Notes: generated from the sequence alone by a model not told the origin. Shown: positions 28,032 through 38,236, counted from the stretch's first letter. The stretch: DNA of 64,000 bases from Candidatus Parcubacteria bacterium (GCA_037076615.1 AP029158.1:261470-325469), one strand, 5' to 3'. Numbers and translations are program-made.

Positions 28032-28946
28032 ATGTCTAAGAAAAATTGGCTGCCGCTAACACTCCGAATTAAAATTAGAAAATTTTGGCGCGCCTACCGT
28101 CGGCCACTGCTTATTATCCTGCCGCTGTTAATTTTATTTTTAGGGCTCTTGCCGATTTTAAAGAAGAGCTGGTTGAATTATCCGGCGCCGCTGCGAGCCA
28201 AGATCGCGCTTAGTTATTTATTGGCGGATAAGTCAACCGGGGTGGCTTGTCGAGAGACTTGTCAAAAACAGCGCCAACAATATCTTAATTTAATATTTAG
28301 GGGTGGTGGGCAGGCACGCTCCGAGACGGAAAAGGCTTTAGTTAGTTCTAGTACCAGCCCCGAAATCAGGTCCTTATTAATTAAGGGGTGGCAATCCGCC
28401 GCTTGGGAGGCTCCGGAACCAGATATTTTAACGAGCGCGCCTTCTTTAGGGGTGCAAACGACCCTAATTGAGGCTTGGCCTGAACTGGCTCCCGCTAATT
28501 GGTGGGCAGAAATTAGTAATCGTTTTTATGCTAGTCAGGAGGATGAGGAGCGACTGTTAATTTTAAAAAATTTATTAGGGCGCCAGGATCCAGTGGCGGA
28601 GGAGTTGGTGGTGGCAGTTTTAATGGATCCTGACTATTTAGGGGCGCTTCAAGAGCAGGCTTATTTTCTGTGGGCGAACTTGCCTGAGAGAGAGCGGGCC
28701 CAAGATTTAATGCCGCTAGCCGCCTGGGGAGAAATTTTGTTGCGTCCTGATTATTCGGGGGCGCTTAAAGAGATGATTATTTGGGGCTTAACGCCCGCGC
28801 CGGAGTTAATAAGTGAGGGCGAAGAAATAAAAGAATTATTAAAAATAATTTTAAGTAAGCCCGAAGATTTTGATGCGCATTTACGCTTAGCAGCCGAGTC
28901 GATTTTAGCGGACTGGGTATTAATAATTCCCGATTCTCGTTCTTAA
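28032..28946 (+). CDS. Hypothetical N-terminally anchored helical-repeat protein
   Basis: It has one TM (LLIILPLLILFLGLLPIL). The remainder is Trp/Leu/Glu-rich and helical, with no recognised family. Confidence 0.55.
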   Translation: MSKKNWLPLTLRIKIRKFWRAYRRPLLIILPLLILFLGLLPILKKSWLNYPAPLRAKIALSYLLADKSTGVACRETCQKQRQQYLNLIFRGGGQARSETEKALVSSSTSPEIRSLLIKGWQSAAWEAPEPDILTSAPSLGVQTTLIEAWPELAPANWWAEISNRFYASQEDEERLLILKNLLGRQDPVAEELVVAVLMDPDYLGALQEQAYFLWANLPERERAQDLMPLAAWGEILLRPDYSGALKEMIIWGLTPAPELISEGEEIKELLKIILSKPEDFDAHLRLAAESILADWVLIIPDSRS

Positions 28947-28966
28947 TTTATCGGTCTTAAAAATAT

Positions 28967-31900
28967 ATGAAAAATTTAAAAATTAAAATTTTATTTTTTT
29001 CCCTCAGTCTAGTTTGGAGTTTAAGCGCCACAGCCGCTCACGCTTTGCCTGTCGGAACCTTACTATTTAGGACCTCGGGCGGTGGCCTCTCTTATGGCTA
29101 TAATACCAACATCTTAGTGATCACCGAAAATGGTTTTCCGAAACATTTTTATTCTGGACATACCGGTATTTATGTTGGCCAAGAAGATGGGGTTGATTAT
29201 GTGGTGGAAATGCAGCCTCAAGGAGCAATTAAAATACCCGCCAATCAGTTTGTAAATACTGCTTTAGGCGAGAAATTAATTAGTGCCAAAATCCCCAAAA
29301 ACTCTACGGCGGCGCAACGAGCGCGGGCGGCGGCTTTGGCCAAAAATTTAGCTCGGGCGGCAGTTGATTATGATTTTGATTTTAAACATCAGAAGGGGCC
29401 GGGCTCGGCGGAGTGGACCTGTGTTGGTTTGGCGGAAAAAGTTTATGAAAGCGCTAATACTAGTAATCCTGCTGATTTAACGACCCTGGTTTATGACTCC
29501 CAAGATTATGCGGTTGATATTACTCCGGACGGCTTTGATAAGGTTAGTGTTTATAATCAAGGGGGTGATTGTTTTTCCGAAACTAAAGAGTTTTCTAAAA
29601 TTGCTCGCAAAACAGAGCTCACTTTGCCGTTGCCGGAAAAAATTGGTTATGATTTTGGCTTGGAAAAAGGCGGCGATCGCTTTATTTTTTTTCCGCAAAC
29701 TCAAGAAAGGCAAAATTCTTTAATATCCGTACCAGTTGATATTGATTTAGATTCCGAGTTTAAAGCTGATCCGGTGCGCGGGCGAATTCCCGTGATAAAG
29801 GTAGCTCTTAAATGGAGCTTAATTAACAATCCGGTTTCTACGGTTAAACAAATTGCTTATCAGGCGACTAATATTGCTCAGAAAATAAAAGATTTTATTT
29901 CTCCCACTGATGATAATTTAGTTTATCTTGAAGAAGAAGAGATAGAGTCACCTCCGTCTAAAAAAGTTAGCAGTGTCAAAGAGCCGGCCTCGACAGCGGT
30001 GGTTAAAACTGTCCCCAAAACTAGCGCCCCGGCTCCAACTAAAGTCGTGCCGGCCCCGGCCCCAGTAACTAATCTGCCGGCAAAAACGACGCCTATCCCA
30101 ATCTCAAAAACTGAGGCGAAAACAGAACCAATTAAAGTTTCGGCGCCGGTTCCTAAAAAAGAAACCCCAGCGTCTAAGGCGGAAAGTGATCGGCCTGCCA
30201 CCACCGTTTTGCCTAGTACTGCCCCGGCGCCACCACCGATTGAATATGTGCCAATTAAAATCGCCACTCCCAAAGGATCAGTAACCAATCAATTAAAAAA
30301 GCTGGCCTCAGAAGAGGCAAAAACCGAAACTAATAAAAATACTGTTCCTGTTAATACCGAGACGGAAGAAGAGTTAGTCTCCGCGCCTCAGGCCCTAATC
30401 TCTAAAGTTTATAGTAATGGCACCGATGATTGGTTGGAGATTGTTAACGCCTCAGACGAGGACTTAGATTTAGTAGTGCACGACTATCGTTTAGTTAAAG
30501 TAAAAGGGGGCAGTCCGGTTTTAATTATGGATTTTGGCAACGAAAATCACGGCACTTATCCTGGCGGGACGGTCATTGCGCCGCACAGTAGTTATTTAGT
30601 GGTCCGCTCTTCGGCAGCGGAAAACGTCAAAGCTTTAGCGGACGCTATCTCTACTCGTGATAATTTTTCTTGGACCGAGGATGGCTACACCTTATATCTC
30701 GGTACCGGCGCTATTTCCTCTGATGAGGATGTTGATATTGTTGATCGCCTGGGTTATGGCGAAGCCTTATATTATTCGGGTGCGCCCGCGCCCGCGCTCG
30801 TTCCTGGCTACGCACTCGAGCGGAAGGCGACCGCCAGTTCAACAGTAGAATCTTTGTCCTCTGGTGGCCTGGAGGAATTATGGGCGCGCCTATATGATAG
30901 TCGAGATAATAGTCGCGATTTTTTATTGATTCCTTATGATTATGAATTAATTAAAGCCAACGAAGAAAAGAATAATCCTCCAGAGGCTGATGAAGAAGAT
31001 AAAGAAGAGACGGAGACGGAGGTTATTCCTCCGGAATTAATTGATACCGCTGAAGGCCTGTTTGTTAATCCGGCGAGTTTGGAGTCGGAAGCCTTGACCC
31101 AGTTATGGCATTTTGATGAATGTTTTGGTGCCGAGCACCGTAATGCGCTAGCTGCGGTCAGTGATTATCCGCAGGAGTTAGTGGCGGCGGATTTGTGGGG
31201 TATTGGCAAGTGGGGGTGTGCTCTTAAATTAGATTTAGAAAATCGCGGCCTAAAAAGCGATTTGCCGCCAGATTTTGATAGCAATAATTTTACCATTGCC
31301 TTTTACTACCGCAAAGATATTCATGGAAACTTTTTTATTGATTGGCGTTTAAATAATCGCCAGCCGGAGACACAACAATTTTCTCTTAACTTAAATGAGT
31401 ACCGGAGCGAAGTTCACGGTTTTCCCGGACCCAATGGTTATTTTTTTGACATGGCCTGGCCGGCTGATGACAATTGGCACCAGGTGGCGTTAGTTGTTAA
31501 TCAGGCGGCTGGCTATTGGGGGCTTTATCTTGACGGTGAAGAGAAGTATCTTTACGAAAACAGTTGGATCATTCCGGAGTTTACAGATTGGGAAATTGAA
31601 TTAAGGCCGAATACGCCGGCCGTTTTAATTGATGAGTTAAGTCTCTGGTTGCGACCTTTATCACCAGCCGAATTAAAGGAGATTTTTGATTACAATTTAC
31701 CCTTTAATCCTTACACCTGGCCCGATCCGCAACGGGCGCCGGAGCTCGAGCACTATTGGCGCTTTGATGAAAATAACGAGGAGGTTGCGAGAGATGAGAT
31801 TGGTGGTGATGACCTAGCAGTGAAAGTGAGCGATTGGAATATGGAAGGCTTTATTGATAGCAGTTTAAAGGCAGTCGGTGATTTTTCCTGGAATATTACT

Positions 31901-32347
31901 GAAATGCCCTTAAAGGACAGTTCTTTCGCTTTTTGGTGGCGAAATACTTCTTACCCCAATGAAGGTCGCTTCAATCTTAAGTTGCGGGGCGACGATAAAG
32001 ATATTTTTACTTTAATGCCGACAATTTATAACCCCAGTTTTTCTTTTAATGGTAGCGGCGGATTTTTAGGAGAATACGGCAAAGATTATTTTCCGAAGGA
32101 TAAAAATTGGCATCATTTGGCGATTACCTATGATTCCTATCGTTATCGCTGGCGCTTTTTCTTTGATGGTGAGCTATGGAAAGAGCTGCCCGCCATGAAA
32201 TTGAGGCCCGAGGCTGTCTTAGATCAGCTTGTTATTGATACCGAAAATTATCCCTCCGATATTGATGAGCTTAAAATTTGGAGTGGTGTCTTGAATAAAG
32301 AGGCAATTTTAGTGGAATATGAGAGTTATCGTGAGTATTTAAATTAA
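28967..32347 (+). CDS. Giant secreted multidomain protein: permuted papain-like amidase + Pro/Thr/Ala linker + lamin-tail (LTD) + two LamG-like domains
   Basis: It has a signal peptide. SGHTGIYVG (His) precedes EWTCVGLAEKVYE (Cys), the order seen in permuted NlpC/P60 (YiiX-like) enzymes. The PAPT-rich linker spans aa ~325-440. ISKVYSNGTDDWLEIVNASDEDLDL is LTD-like. Two blocks end in IDELSLWLRPLSPAELKEIF and IDELKIWSGVLNKEAIL, typical LamG_3 endings. Confidence 0.75.
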   Translation: MKNLKIKILFFSLSLVWSLSATAAHALPVGTLLFRTSGGGLSYGYNTNILVITENGFPKHFYSGHTGIYVGQEDGVDYVVEMQPQGAIKIPANQFVNTALGEKLISAKIPKNSTAAQRARAAALAKNLARAAVDYDFDFKHQKGPGSAEWTCVGLAEKVYESANTSNPADLTTLVYDSQDYAVDITPDGFDKVSVYNQGGDCFSETKEFSKIARKTELTLPLPEKIGYDFGLEKGGDRFIFFPQTQERQNSLISVPVDIDLDSEFKADPVRGRIPVIKVALKWSLINNPVSTVKQIAYQATNIAQKIKDFISPTDDNLVYLEEEEIESPPSKKVSSVKEPASTAVVKTVPKTSAPAPTKVVPAPAPVTNLPAKTTPIPISKTEAKTEPIKVSAPVPKKETPASKAESDRPATTVLPSTAPAPPPIEYVPIKIATPKGSVTNQLKKLASEEAKTETNKNTVPVNTETEEELVSAPQALISKVYSNGTDDWLEIVNASDEDLDLVVHDYRLVKVKGGSPVLIMDFGNENHGTYPGGTVIAPHSSYLVVRSSAAENVKALADAISTRDNFSWTEDGYTLYLGTGAISSDEDVDIVDRLGYGEALYYSGAPAPALVPGYALERKATASSTVESLSSGGLEELWARLYDSRDNSRDFLLIPYDYELIKANEEKNNPPEADEEDKEETETEVIPPELIDTAEGLFVNPASLESEALTQLWHFDECFGAEHRNALAAVSDYPQELVAADLWGIGKWGCALKLDLENRGLKSDLPPDFDSNNFTIAFYYRKDIHGNFFIDWRLNNRQPETQQFSLNLNEYRSEVHGFPGPNGYFFDMAWPADDNWHQVALVVNQAAGYWGLYLDGEEKYLYENSWIIPEFTDWEIELRPNTPAVLIDELSLWLRPLSPAELKEIFDYNLPFNPYTWPDPQRAPELEHYWRFDENNEEVARDEIGGDDLAVKVSDWNMEGFIDSSLKAVGDFSWNITEMPLKDSSFAFWWRNTSYPNEGRFNLKLRGDDKDIFTLMPTIYNPSFSFNGSGGFLGEYGKDYFPKDKNWHHLAITYDSYRYRWRFFFDGELWKELPAMKLRPEAVLDQLVIDTENYPSDIDELKIWSGVLNKEAILVEYESYREYLN

Positions 32348-32416
32348 GCTATTTTTTGAGTAAGCGCTTATTTAAATAATGTTTGCCAACGCCAGATCGA
32401 GAGACGGTGGTGGCCG

Positions 32417-32456
32417 CCCCGACTATTTGTTAAAAATAGTCGGGGTTTGTATTTTT
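32417..32456 (+). terminator. Rho-independent terminator
   Basis: Stem ccccgactattt/aaatagtcgggg, followed by TTTGTATTTTT. Confidence 0.6.
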
Positions 32457-32500
32457 AACTTGATTTTTACCCCATTTTTTTGTAATCTATAAGTGTTATC

Positions 32501-32856
32501 TGGGGGGCAAGTAGATGATTGCTCGGTTCGCCGAGAGGAAAGTCCGGACTCCTTAAAGGGGCAGTGGATAACGTCCACCAGGGGTAACCCTAGGGAAAGT
32601 GCCACAGAGACAATACTAGTCCGCCCGTTGGCTTCGCCAGCCGGTGGATGAAAGGTGAAAAGAAAGAGGGTGTCGCAAGGCTACCTTTTTCGCTTAGCGG
32701 TGACGCTAAGATCGCGGTAAACCCTGCCTGGAGCAAGGACAAACTCTGTTGCTTTTTAAGTAGCAGAAGAAAAGTGGTCCGCTTGATCGGTTTGGCAACA
32801 AATCGGCTTAGATAAATAATCATCCTAGACAGAATCCGGCTTATCGCTTACCCCCA
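32501..32856 (+). ncRNA. rnpB: RNase P RNA, bacterial type A
   Basis: It carries both conserved P4 strands, GAGAGGAAAGTCCGGACTCC and GACAGAATCCGGCTTAT. The P3 hairpin is CTCGGTTCGCCGAG, and P1 pairs GGGGGGCAAG with CGCTTACCCCC. The ends are approximate, within about 10 nt. Confidence 0.85.
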
Positions 32857-32879
32857 AAATAACTTTTTTAAAACTTTTT

Positions 32880-34301
32880 ATGAAACACAAGCGTGCAGAA
32901 TTATTTTTTACGACGGTTTTAGTACCTTTAGATTTCATTCTTATCTTTCTCGCCGGAATTTCCGCTTACTACCTTCGTTTTTCTGATTACTATCGTCAAG
33001 TGCGTCCGGTTATTTTTGATTTACCAATCAATGAATACTGGCCGGCCTTACTAGTAATTAGCGCCCTCATGATTCCGGTGATGTTTTTTTCTGGCGCTTA
33101 TAGCTCAAAGCGCGACAAGCAGCCGGCTAAAGAGGTGGTGAGAGTGGTTACTGGCGCTTCCGTTGGCTTAGCGCTGGTAACTTTAATTATTTTCTTACAA
33201 CGAGATTTATTTGATTCTCGTTTTATCGTTTTAGCGACTTGGGCCTTCGCGATTCTTTATTTGAGTATCGCTCACCCCTTAGTTAATTGGCTGCAGAAAA
33301 AAATGTATGCTCGGGGCATTGGTGTTAGCCAAGCCATTTTAGTAGGAAACAGCAAAACCGCTGATAATTTAATTGCGGAATTTTCCACCAATAAATACTC
33401 CGGTTATGAAGTTGTTAAGCGGTTACGTGATTTTTCTTTAGAAACCGCTCAGGAGTTAAGAGAATTTATTAAGGATCACGCGGTAGATGAGGTGATTCAA
33501 GCTGATCCTAATTTAAGTAAGGCCGAAACTTTAAGGCTTTATGATTTTGCTAACGAAAATCAACTCACTTTTAAGTATGTTGCCGATTTGTTAGAGATTA
33601 AAGTTTTACGTCATGAAGTCCAAGAAATTATTGGCATTCCCGTAGTAGAGGTGAAGAGAACAACCTTGGAAGGTTGGGGTCGAGTAGCGAAACGGATTAT
33701 GGATTTAATTTTTTCTTCTCTATTAATCATTATTCTTTCACCGGTCTTTTTATTCACCGCCCTAGCAATTAAATTAGATTCTCGAGGGCCAGTTTTCTTT
33801 TCTCGTCGTGATGATGGTACGCCGGTGACCAGGGTCGGTGAAGGTGGTCGTCCGTTTCGTTATTTTAAATTCCGGTCCATGCGCGATAAGGTTGACAGTA
33901 TGCGCTATAACGAGTTGGCCGATAGAAATGTCCGCAGTGACGGGCCGATGGTTAAAATTAAAGACGACCCGCGCGTTACCAAAGTCGGCAAATTTATTCG
34001 TCGCTTTTCCATTGATGAGTTGCCGGAATTATTTTTAGTTTTTGTCGGCAAGATGAGTCTGGCTGGCCCCCGACCGCATTTACCGGAAGAGGTGGCTAAA
34101 TACCAACATCATCACAAAAAGACTTTAACGATTAAGCCGGGAATTACTGGCTTAGCGCAAGTGTCTGGACGCAGCGATTTATTGTTTGAGGAAGAGGTTA
34201 AGTTAGATGTTTACTACATTGAAAACTGGACCTTAATGTTAGATTTTGCCATTTTATTAAAAACGCCAGCCGCTGTTTTTAAAAAAAGACAAGCTGATTA
34301 A
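32880..34301 (+). CDS. Polyprenyl-phosphate hexose-1-phosphate transferase (bacterial sugar transferase, WbaP/WcaJ-like initiating enzyme)
   Basis: N-terminal TMs, with C-terminal motifs RPFRYFKFRSM, DELPELF and KPGITGLAQVSGR. Confidence 0.85.
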   Translation: MKHKRAELFFTTVLVPLDFILIFLAGISAYYLRFSDYYRQVRPVIFDLPINEYWPALLVISALMIPVMFFSGAYSSKRDKQPAKEVVRVVTGASVGLALVTLIIFLQRDLFDSRFIVLATWAFAILYLSIAHPLVNWLQKKMYARGIGVSQAILVGNSKTADNLIAEFSTNKYSGYEVVKRLRDFSLETAQELREFIKDHAVDEVIQADPNLSKAETLRLYDFANENQLTFKYVADLLEIKVLRHEVQEIIGIPVVEVKRTTLEGWGRVAKRIMDLIFSSLLIIILSPVFLFTALAIKLDSRGPVFFSRRDDGTPVTRVGEGGRPFRYFKFRSMRDKVDSMRYNELADRNVRSDGPMVKIKDDPRVTKVGKFIRRFSIDELPELFLVFVGKMSLAGPRPHLPEEVAKYQHHHKKTLTIKPGITGLAQVSGRSDLLFEEEVKLDVYYIENWTLMLDFAILLKTPAAVFKKRQAD

Positions 34302-34305
34302 TTTT

Positions 34306-35439
34306 ATGAAAGTTGCTTTAGTTCATGATCATTTAGCTCAGACCGGCGGAGCGGAAAAAGTTTTAAAAGTTTTTGCCGATATTTTTCCCGAGGCCACTAT
34401 CTACACGTTGCTGGCCGATAAAGTCAAGACTGATACTTATCTTGAAGGGCGCCGCATTGATACTTCTGTTATTCAAAAATTGCCCGGAGGGGTTAATCAT
34501 TATAAATGGTACTTACCCTTAATGCCGATGGCGGTGGAATTTTTCGATTTAAGTGAATATGATTTAGTTATCTCTGATACTAGTTCTTTTGCTAAAGGCG
34601 TTATCACTTTGCCTGATGTACCTCATATTTGCTATTGCCACACTCCGACGCGCTATTTATGGAGCGATGCACATAGTTATTTAAATGAGCTCAAGTATAA
34701 TAAATGGCTGAAAAAAATCATTGCCCGGGTGTTAGTAAAGTTGCGTCAGTGGGATTTTTTGGCGGCCAGTCGGGTTGATTATTTTGTCGCTAATTCAAGA
34801 ACAGTTGCTAAAAGAATTAGTAAATATTACCGCCGCGAATCACAAGTTATTTATCCGCCGGTAGAAACTGATAATTTTTTTGTGAGCGATTTAAGCACTC
34901 AGGCTCCGGAAGAGCGTTATTTTTTAGCCGGTTGCCGTTTAGTTCCTTACAAGCGGATTGACTTAGTTGTTGAAGCTTTTAAAGAATTGGGTCCGGATTA
35001 TCGGCTTAAGGTTTTTGGTGATGGGCTGGACTTATCGCGTCTTAAAAAAATTGCCGGCGAGGCGGAAAACATTGAATTTCTAGGGCGCGTGAGCGATGAT
35101 CAAAAAGCGGTTTATTATAGTCGGGCTCAAGCCTTTATTAATCCGCAAGAAGAAGATTTTGGTATTACTCCCTTAGAGTCAATGGCTTCGGGGCGCCCGG
35201 TGATTGCTTATCGTAAAGGTGGGGCCACTGAAACCGTTAAAGAAGGGGAGACCGGAATATTTTTTGACGAGCAGACCACCGCTTCTCTAGTAGCGGCGGT
35301 GAAATCATTCCGGAGTGAAAATTTTTCATCGGCGCAGATTCGGACTTATGCGGAAACTTTTTCCGTTGCCCGTTTTAGTGAAGAAATTAAAAAATTGGTC
35401 GCCGCGGTAATGTCTAAAAATAATGAAAATAGCCGTTGA
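34306..35439 (+). CDS. Glycosyltransferase family 4
   Basis: GT-B fold with the C-terminal motif EDFGITPLESMASGRPVIA. Confidence 0.85.
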   Translation: MKVALVHDHLAQTGGAEKVLKVFADIFPEATIYTLLADKVKTDTYLEGRRIDTSVIQKLPGGVNHYKWYLPLMPMAVEFFDLSEYDLVISDTSSFAKGVITLPDVPHICYCHTPTRYLWSDAHSYLNELKYNKWLKKIIARVLVKLRQWDFLAASRVDYFVANSRTVAKRISKYYRRESQVIYPPVETDNFFVSDLSTQAPEERYFLAGCRLVPYKRIDLVVEAFKELGPDYRLKVFGDGLDLSRLKKIAGEAENIEFLGRVSDDQKAVYYSRAQAFINPQEEDFGITPLESMASGRPVIAYRKGGATETVKEGETGIFFDEQTTASLVAAVKSFRSENFSSAQIRTYAETFSVARFSEEIKKLVAAVMSKNNENSR

Positions 35440-36592
35440 TATTCGAGTTTTAATGGATCAGCAATATAGCGGAATCTCCGAGTATGTTTATTATTTGCTG
35501 CGTTCCTGGCTTGATAATCATTCCGAGCATGAATATATTTTTTATTATAATTCCTGGCGACCCTTACCGCGAGAGCTTTTTTCTTGGGTCAAAGGGCGAG
35601 TAACCTTTAAAAGAACGCGCTGGCCTAATAAAATATTTAACTATTTTCTCCAGTTTCTCTGGCGGCGGCCAAAACTAGACCAGCTTGTCGGCCCGGTGGA
35701 TATTTTTTGGTCTCCACATCTTAATTTTTCTAATTTTGGGCAGTCAGCGACACTCAAAGTTTTAACCGTTCATGATTTATCATTCTTACGCTATCCGGAG
35801 TTTTTTACCCGGCGGAAGAATTTTTGGCATCGCTTTTTAAGATTAAAAAAGTTGGTGGCCCAATATGATTTTATCGTGGCTATTTCCGAAAACACCAAGC
35901 AAGATTTAATTGAGCTTTTGGGGGTGACCGCCGAAAAAATTAAAGTAATCTATTCTGGCGTCAATCAAGATTCGGCCATGCTCACGCCAGAAGAGATTAG
36001 AGATTTTCGGATTAAGAATGATTTAAATAGCCACTTTATTCTTTATTTAGGAGCGATTGAGCCGCGAAAAAATGTTCAAGGCTTAATTGAGGCCTATGAG
36101 CGTTTGCGCGACAAGCGCTTAGATTTGTCTAATTATAATTTAGTTTTGGCCGGCGCTAAGGGCTGGAAAAATCGCGCTATCTATCGGCAAGCAAGCAACT
36201 CGCTCTATAAAGATGATATTAAGTTTTTAGGCTATGTCAGCCGAGAGGAGCGGAATTGGCTCTACAATCAAGCCACCCTTTTTGTTTATCCCTCTTACTA
36301 TGAAGGTTTTGGTTTTCCGCCGCTGGAGGCGATGAATCATGGGTTGCCGACAATTACTTCCGATGCCTCAGCTATTCCCGAAGTCGTCGGTGATGCCGCC
36401 TTAACCGTTAATCCTTATTCGGTAATTGATGTAACACATGCTCTCGAAACTTTATTAGAAGATGAATCTTTGCGCCTCTATTTTTCGGAGCGCGGCCGCT
36501 TGCGAGCGGCTTGGTTCTCCTGGCCCGAAACAGCCAAAAATTATTTCTCTTTATTTCAAGAACTTTATGCGCGCCGTCATTCAAGTCGTTAG
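35423..36592 (+). CDS. Glycosyltransferase family 4
   Basis: PSYYEGFGFPPLEAMNHGLP motif, with a 17-nt overlap on the upstream GT gene. Confidence 0.85.
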   Translation: MKIAVDIRVLMDQQYSGISEYVYYLLRSWLDNHSEHEYIFYYNSWRPLPRELFSWVKGRVTFKRTRWPNKIFNYFLQFLWRRPKLDQLVGPVDIFWSPHLNFSNFGQSATLKVLTVHDLSFLRYPEFFTRRKNFWHRFLRLKKLVAQYDFIVAISENTKQDLIELLGVTAEKIKVIYSGVNQDSAMLTPEEIRDFRIKNDLNSHFILYLGAIEPRKNVQGLIEAYERLRDKRLDLSNYNLVLAGAKGWKNRAIYRQASNSLYKDDIKFLGYVSREERNWLYNQATLFVYPSYYEGFGFPPLEAMNHGLPTITSDASAIPEVVGDAALTVNPYSVIDVTHALETLLEDESLRLYFSERGRLRAAWFSWPETAKNYFSLFQELYARRHSSR

Positions 36593-37010
36593 CGAGGCTC
36601 AAGTTGAAGTCGGTGATCAGATAGTGGGAGTGATTAAAGAAGGCTTAGTCATTCTCTTGGCCATCTCCCAAACCGATCAGGCTGAGGAGGCCGTTAAACT
36701 CGCTAAAAAAATTAGTCAGCTGCGTATTTTTCCAGATGCTCAAGGAAAAATCAATTTAGATTTAGCGGCCACTGGCGGCGAGGCTCTGGTGATTTCTCAA
36801 TTTACTTTATATGGTAAAGTAAATCGAGGTCAGCGACCAAATTTTTCGGAGGCCGCGCCCGCTTCTTTGGCGGTGCCGCTCTATGAAAAATTTATTAGCA
36901 CTTTACGAGACTTAGGCTTTAAAGTGGCGACCGGCCATTTTGGCGCTCTGATGACTGTCTCTCTAAAAAATGAAGGACCACTAACCCTCATAGTGGACAC
37001 TAATAATTAA
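36567..37010 (+). CDS. dtd: D-aminoacyl-tRNA deacylase
   Basis: MRAVIQVV..., SQFTLYG and NEGPLT signatures. I placed the start at the ATG at 36567, which overlaps the GT gene by 26 nt. The 36462 extension is spurious. Confidence 0.88.
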   Translation: MRAVIQVVSEAQVEVGDQIVGVIKEGLVILLAISQTDQAEEAVKLAKKISQLRIFPDAQGKINLDLAATGGEALVISQFTLYGKVNRGQRPNFSEAAPASLAVPLYEKFISTLRDLGFKVATGHFGALMTVSLKNEGPLTLIVDTNN

Positions 37011-37018
37011 TAATATTT

Positions 37019-38074
37019 GTGAAAAATAGTAAGCAGAATAAAAAAGTTCTGGTGGCTCTTTCGGGCGGCGTTGATTCGGCGGTGACCGCCAAAATTTTGT
37101 TAGGCCAAGGTTATCAGGTGGCCGCAGTTTATTGCCTTTTTTGGAAAGAAGGTGCGGCTGATTCTGCTTTGGAGTCCGCGCAAACGGTCGCAGAGCAGTT
37201 AAAGATCCCTCTGACCGCTTTAGATTTGCGTCAAGTTTTTAAAGAAAAAGTGGTTGATTATTTTCTAACTGAATATGCCGCGGGGCTAACTCCTAATCCT
37301 TGTGTGCGCTGCAATAAGCAGGTTAAATTAGGTGAATTACTAAAGTATGCGGCGGCTAATGGCTTTGATTATTTAGCGACCGGGCATTATTTAGAAGTAA
37401 AGGGGCGCCCGGGTAAGCGCTATTTACTTAAGGGGCGAGATTCTAAAAAAGATCAGAGTTATTTTTTATATTCCCTTAACGCTCAAGAATTAGATCATTT
37501 GCTCTTTCCTCTAGGAAAGTATAAAAAAACCAGAACTCGTCAAAAAGCCAGAAAAGAGCAGTTGGTAAATGCTGAGAAAGCGGAAAGTCAAGATATTTGT
37601 TTCTTGTCTGGACCGCATAATAATTTCTTAAAGCGTCATTTAAAGTTAGAGCCGGGGCCAATTATCTTAGAGGAAACAGGCGAAAATATTGGTGAGCATC
37701 AGGGGTTGCCTCTCTATACTATTGGACAGAGGCGCGGCTTAGAGGTGGGTGGCACCGGCCCTTATTATGTCGTGGGCTTTGATTATAAAAAAAATATTCT
37801 GAAAGTAGCGGCGACTTGGAACGATTCTCGTCTTTATCGCCAAGATCTTTTAGCAAAAAATATCAATTGGAATTATCCTCGCCCGCCGCGGAAAAATTTT
37901 CCTTGTCTAGCGGTAATTCGTTATGGTCATCCAGCCGAACCTTGCCGTCTTAATCTGACTCCGGAAGGCGAAATAAAAGTAATCTTTAAAAAACCGCAAC
38001 GGGCGATTACGGCTGGTCAAAGTATCGCCTTTTATCGAGGGCGTCGTCTCTTAGGTGGCGGTATCATTGCTTAA
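37019..38074 (+). CDS. mnmA: tRNA-specific 2-thiouridylase
   Basis: PP-loop VALSGGVDSAV, with NPCVRCN and DQSYFL motifs. It has a GTG start. Confidence 0.9.
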   Translation: MKNSKQNKKVLVALSGGVDSAVTAKILLGQGYQVAAVYCLFWKEGAADSALESAQTVAEQLKIPLTALDLRQVFKEKVVDYFLTEYAAGLTPNPCVRCNKQVKLGELLKYAAANGFDYLATGHYLEVKGRPGKRYLLKGRDSKKDQSYFLYSLNAQELDHLLFPLGKYKKTRTRQKARKEQLVNAEKAESQDICFLSGPHNNFLKRHLKLEPGPIILEETGENIGEHQGLPLYTIGQRRGLEVGGTGPYYVVGFDYKKNILKVAATWNDSRLYRQDLLAKNINWNYPRPPRKNFPCLAVIRYGHPAEPCRLNLTPEGEIKVIFKKPQRAITAGQSIAFYRGRRLLGGGIIA

Positions 38075-38083
38075 TAGTTTACA

Positions 38084-38112
38084 AAAAAGAAGCCGATTAG
38101 GCTTCTTTTTTT
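38084..38112. terminator. Bidirectional terminator shared by mnmA (+) and tRNA-Leu (-)
   Basis: Stem agaagcc/ggcttct (extendable to aaaaagaagcc/ggcttcttttt), loop gatta, flanked by A- and T-runs. Confidence 0.65.
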
Positions 38113-38113
38113 G

Positions 38114-38197
38114 TGCCGCGAGAGGGAATCGAACCCTCATGGGATTGCTCCCACACGAGTTTGAGTCGTGCGCGTCTACCAGTTCCGCCATCACGGC
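38114..38197 (-). tRNA. tRNA-Leu (anticodon CAA), class II with a long variable arm
   Basis: The reverse complement GCCGTGATGGCGGAACTGGTAGACGCGCACGACTCAAACTCGTGTGGGAGCAATCCCATGAGGGTTCGATTCCCTCTCGCGGCA folds as a cloverleaf. The acceptor is 7 bp, the anticodon loop is CUCAAAC, and the T-loop is GGTTCGATTCC. CCA is not encoded. Confidence 0.9.
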
Positions 38198-38208
38198 GTA
38201 GCTTTTAA

Positions 38209-38236
38209 ATTATAGTATAAAAGCTTTAATTGTCAA
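38209..38236 (-). promoter_or_regulatory. Consensus promoter for tRNA-Leu
   Basis: On the minus strand, TTGACA - 16 nt - TATAAT ends 11 nt before the mature 5' end. Confidence 0.55.

Noticed and set aside
29923-30288. A Gly/Ala/Val-rich minus-strand ORF.
   Set aside because: It is antisense to the Pro/Thr/Ala linker of the giant secreted protein.
32423-32823. Two minus-strand ORFs (32423-32605 and 32590-32823).
   Set aside because: They overlap the RNase P RNA gene on the plus strand, where both conserved P4 strands are present. They are not coding.
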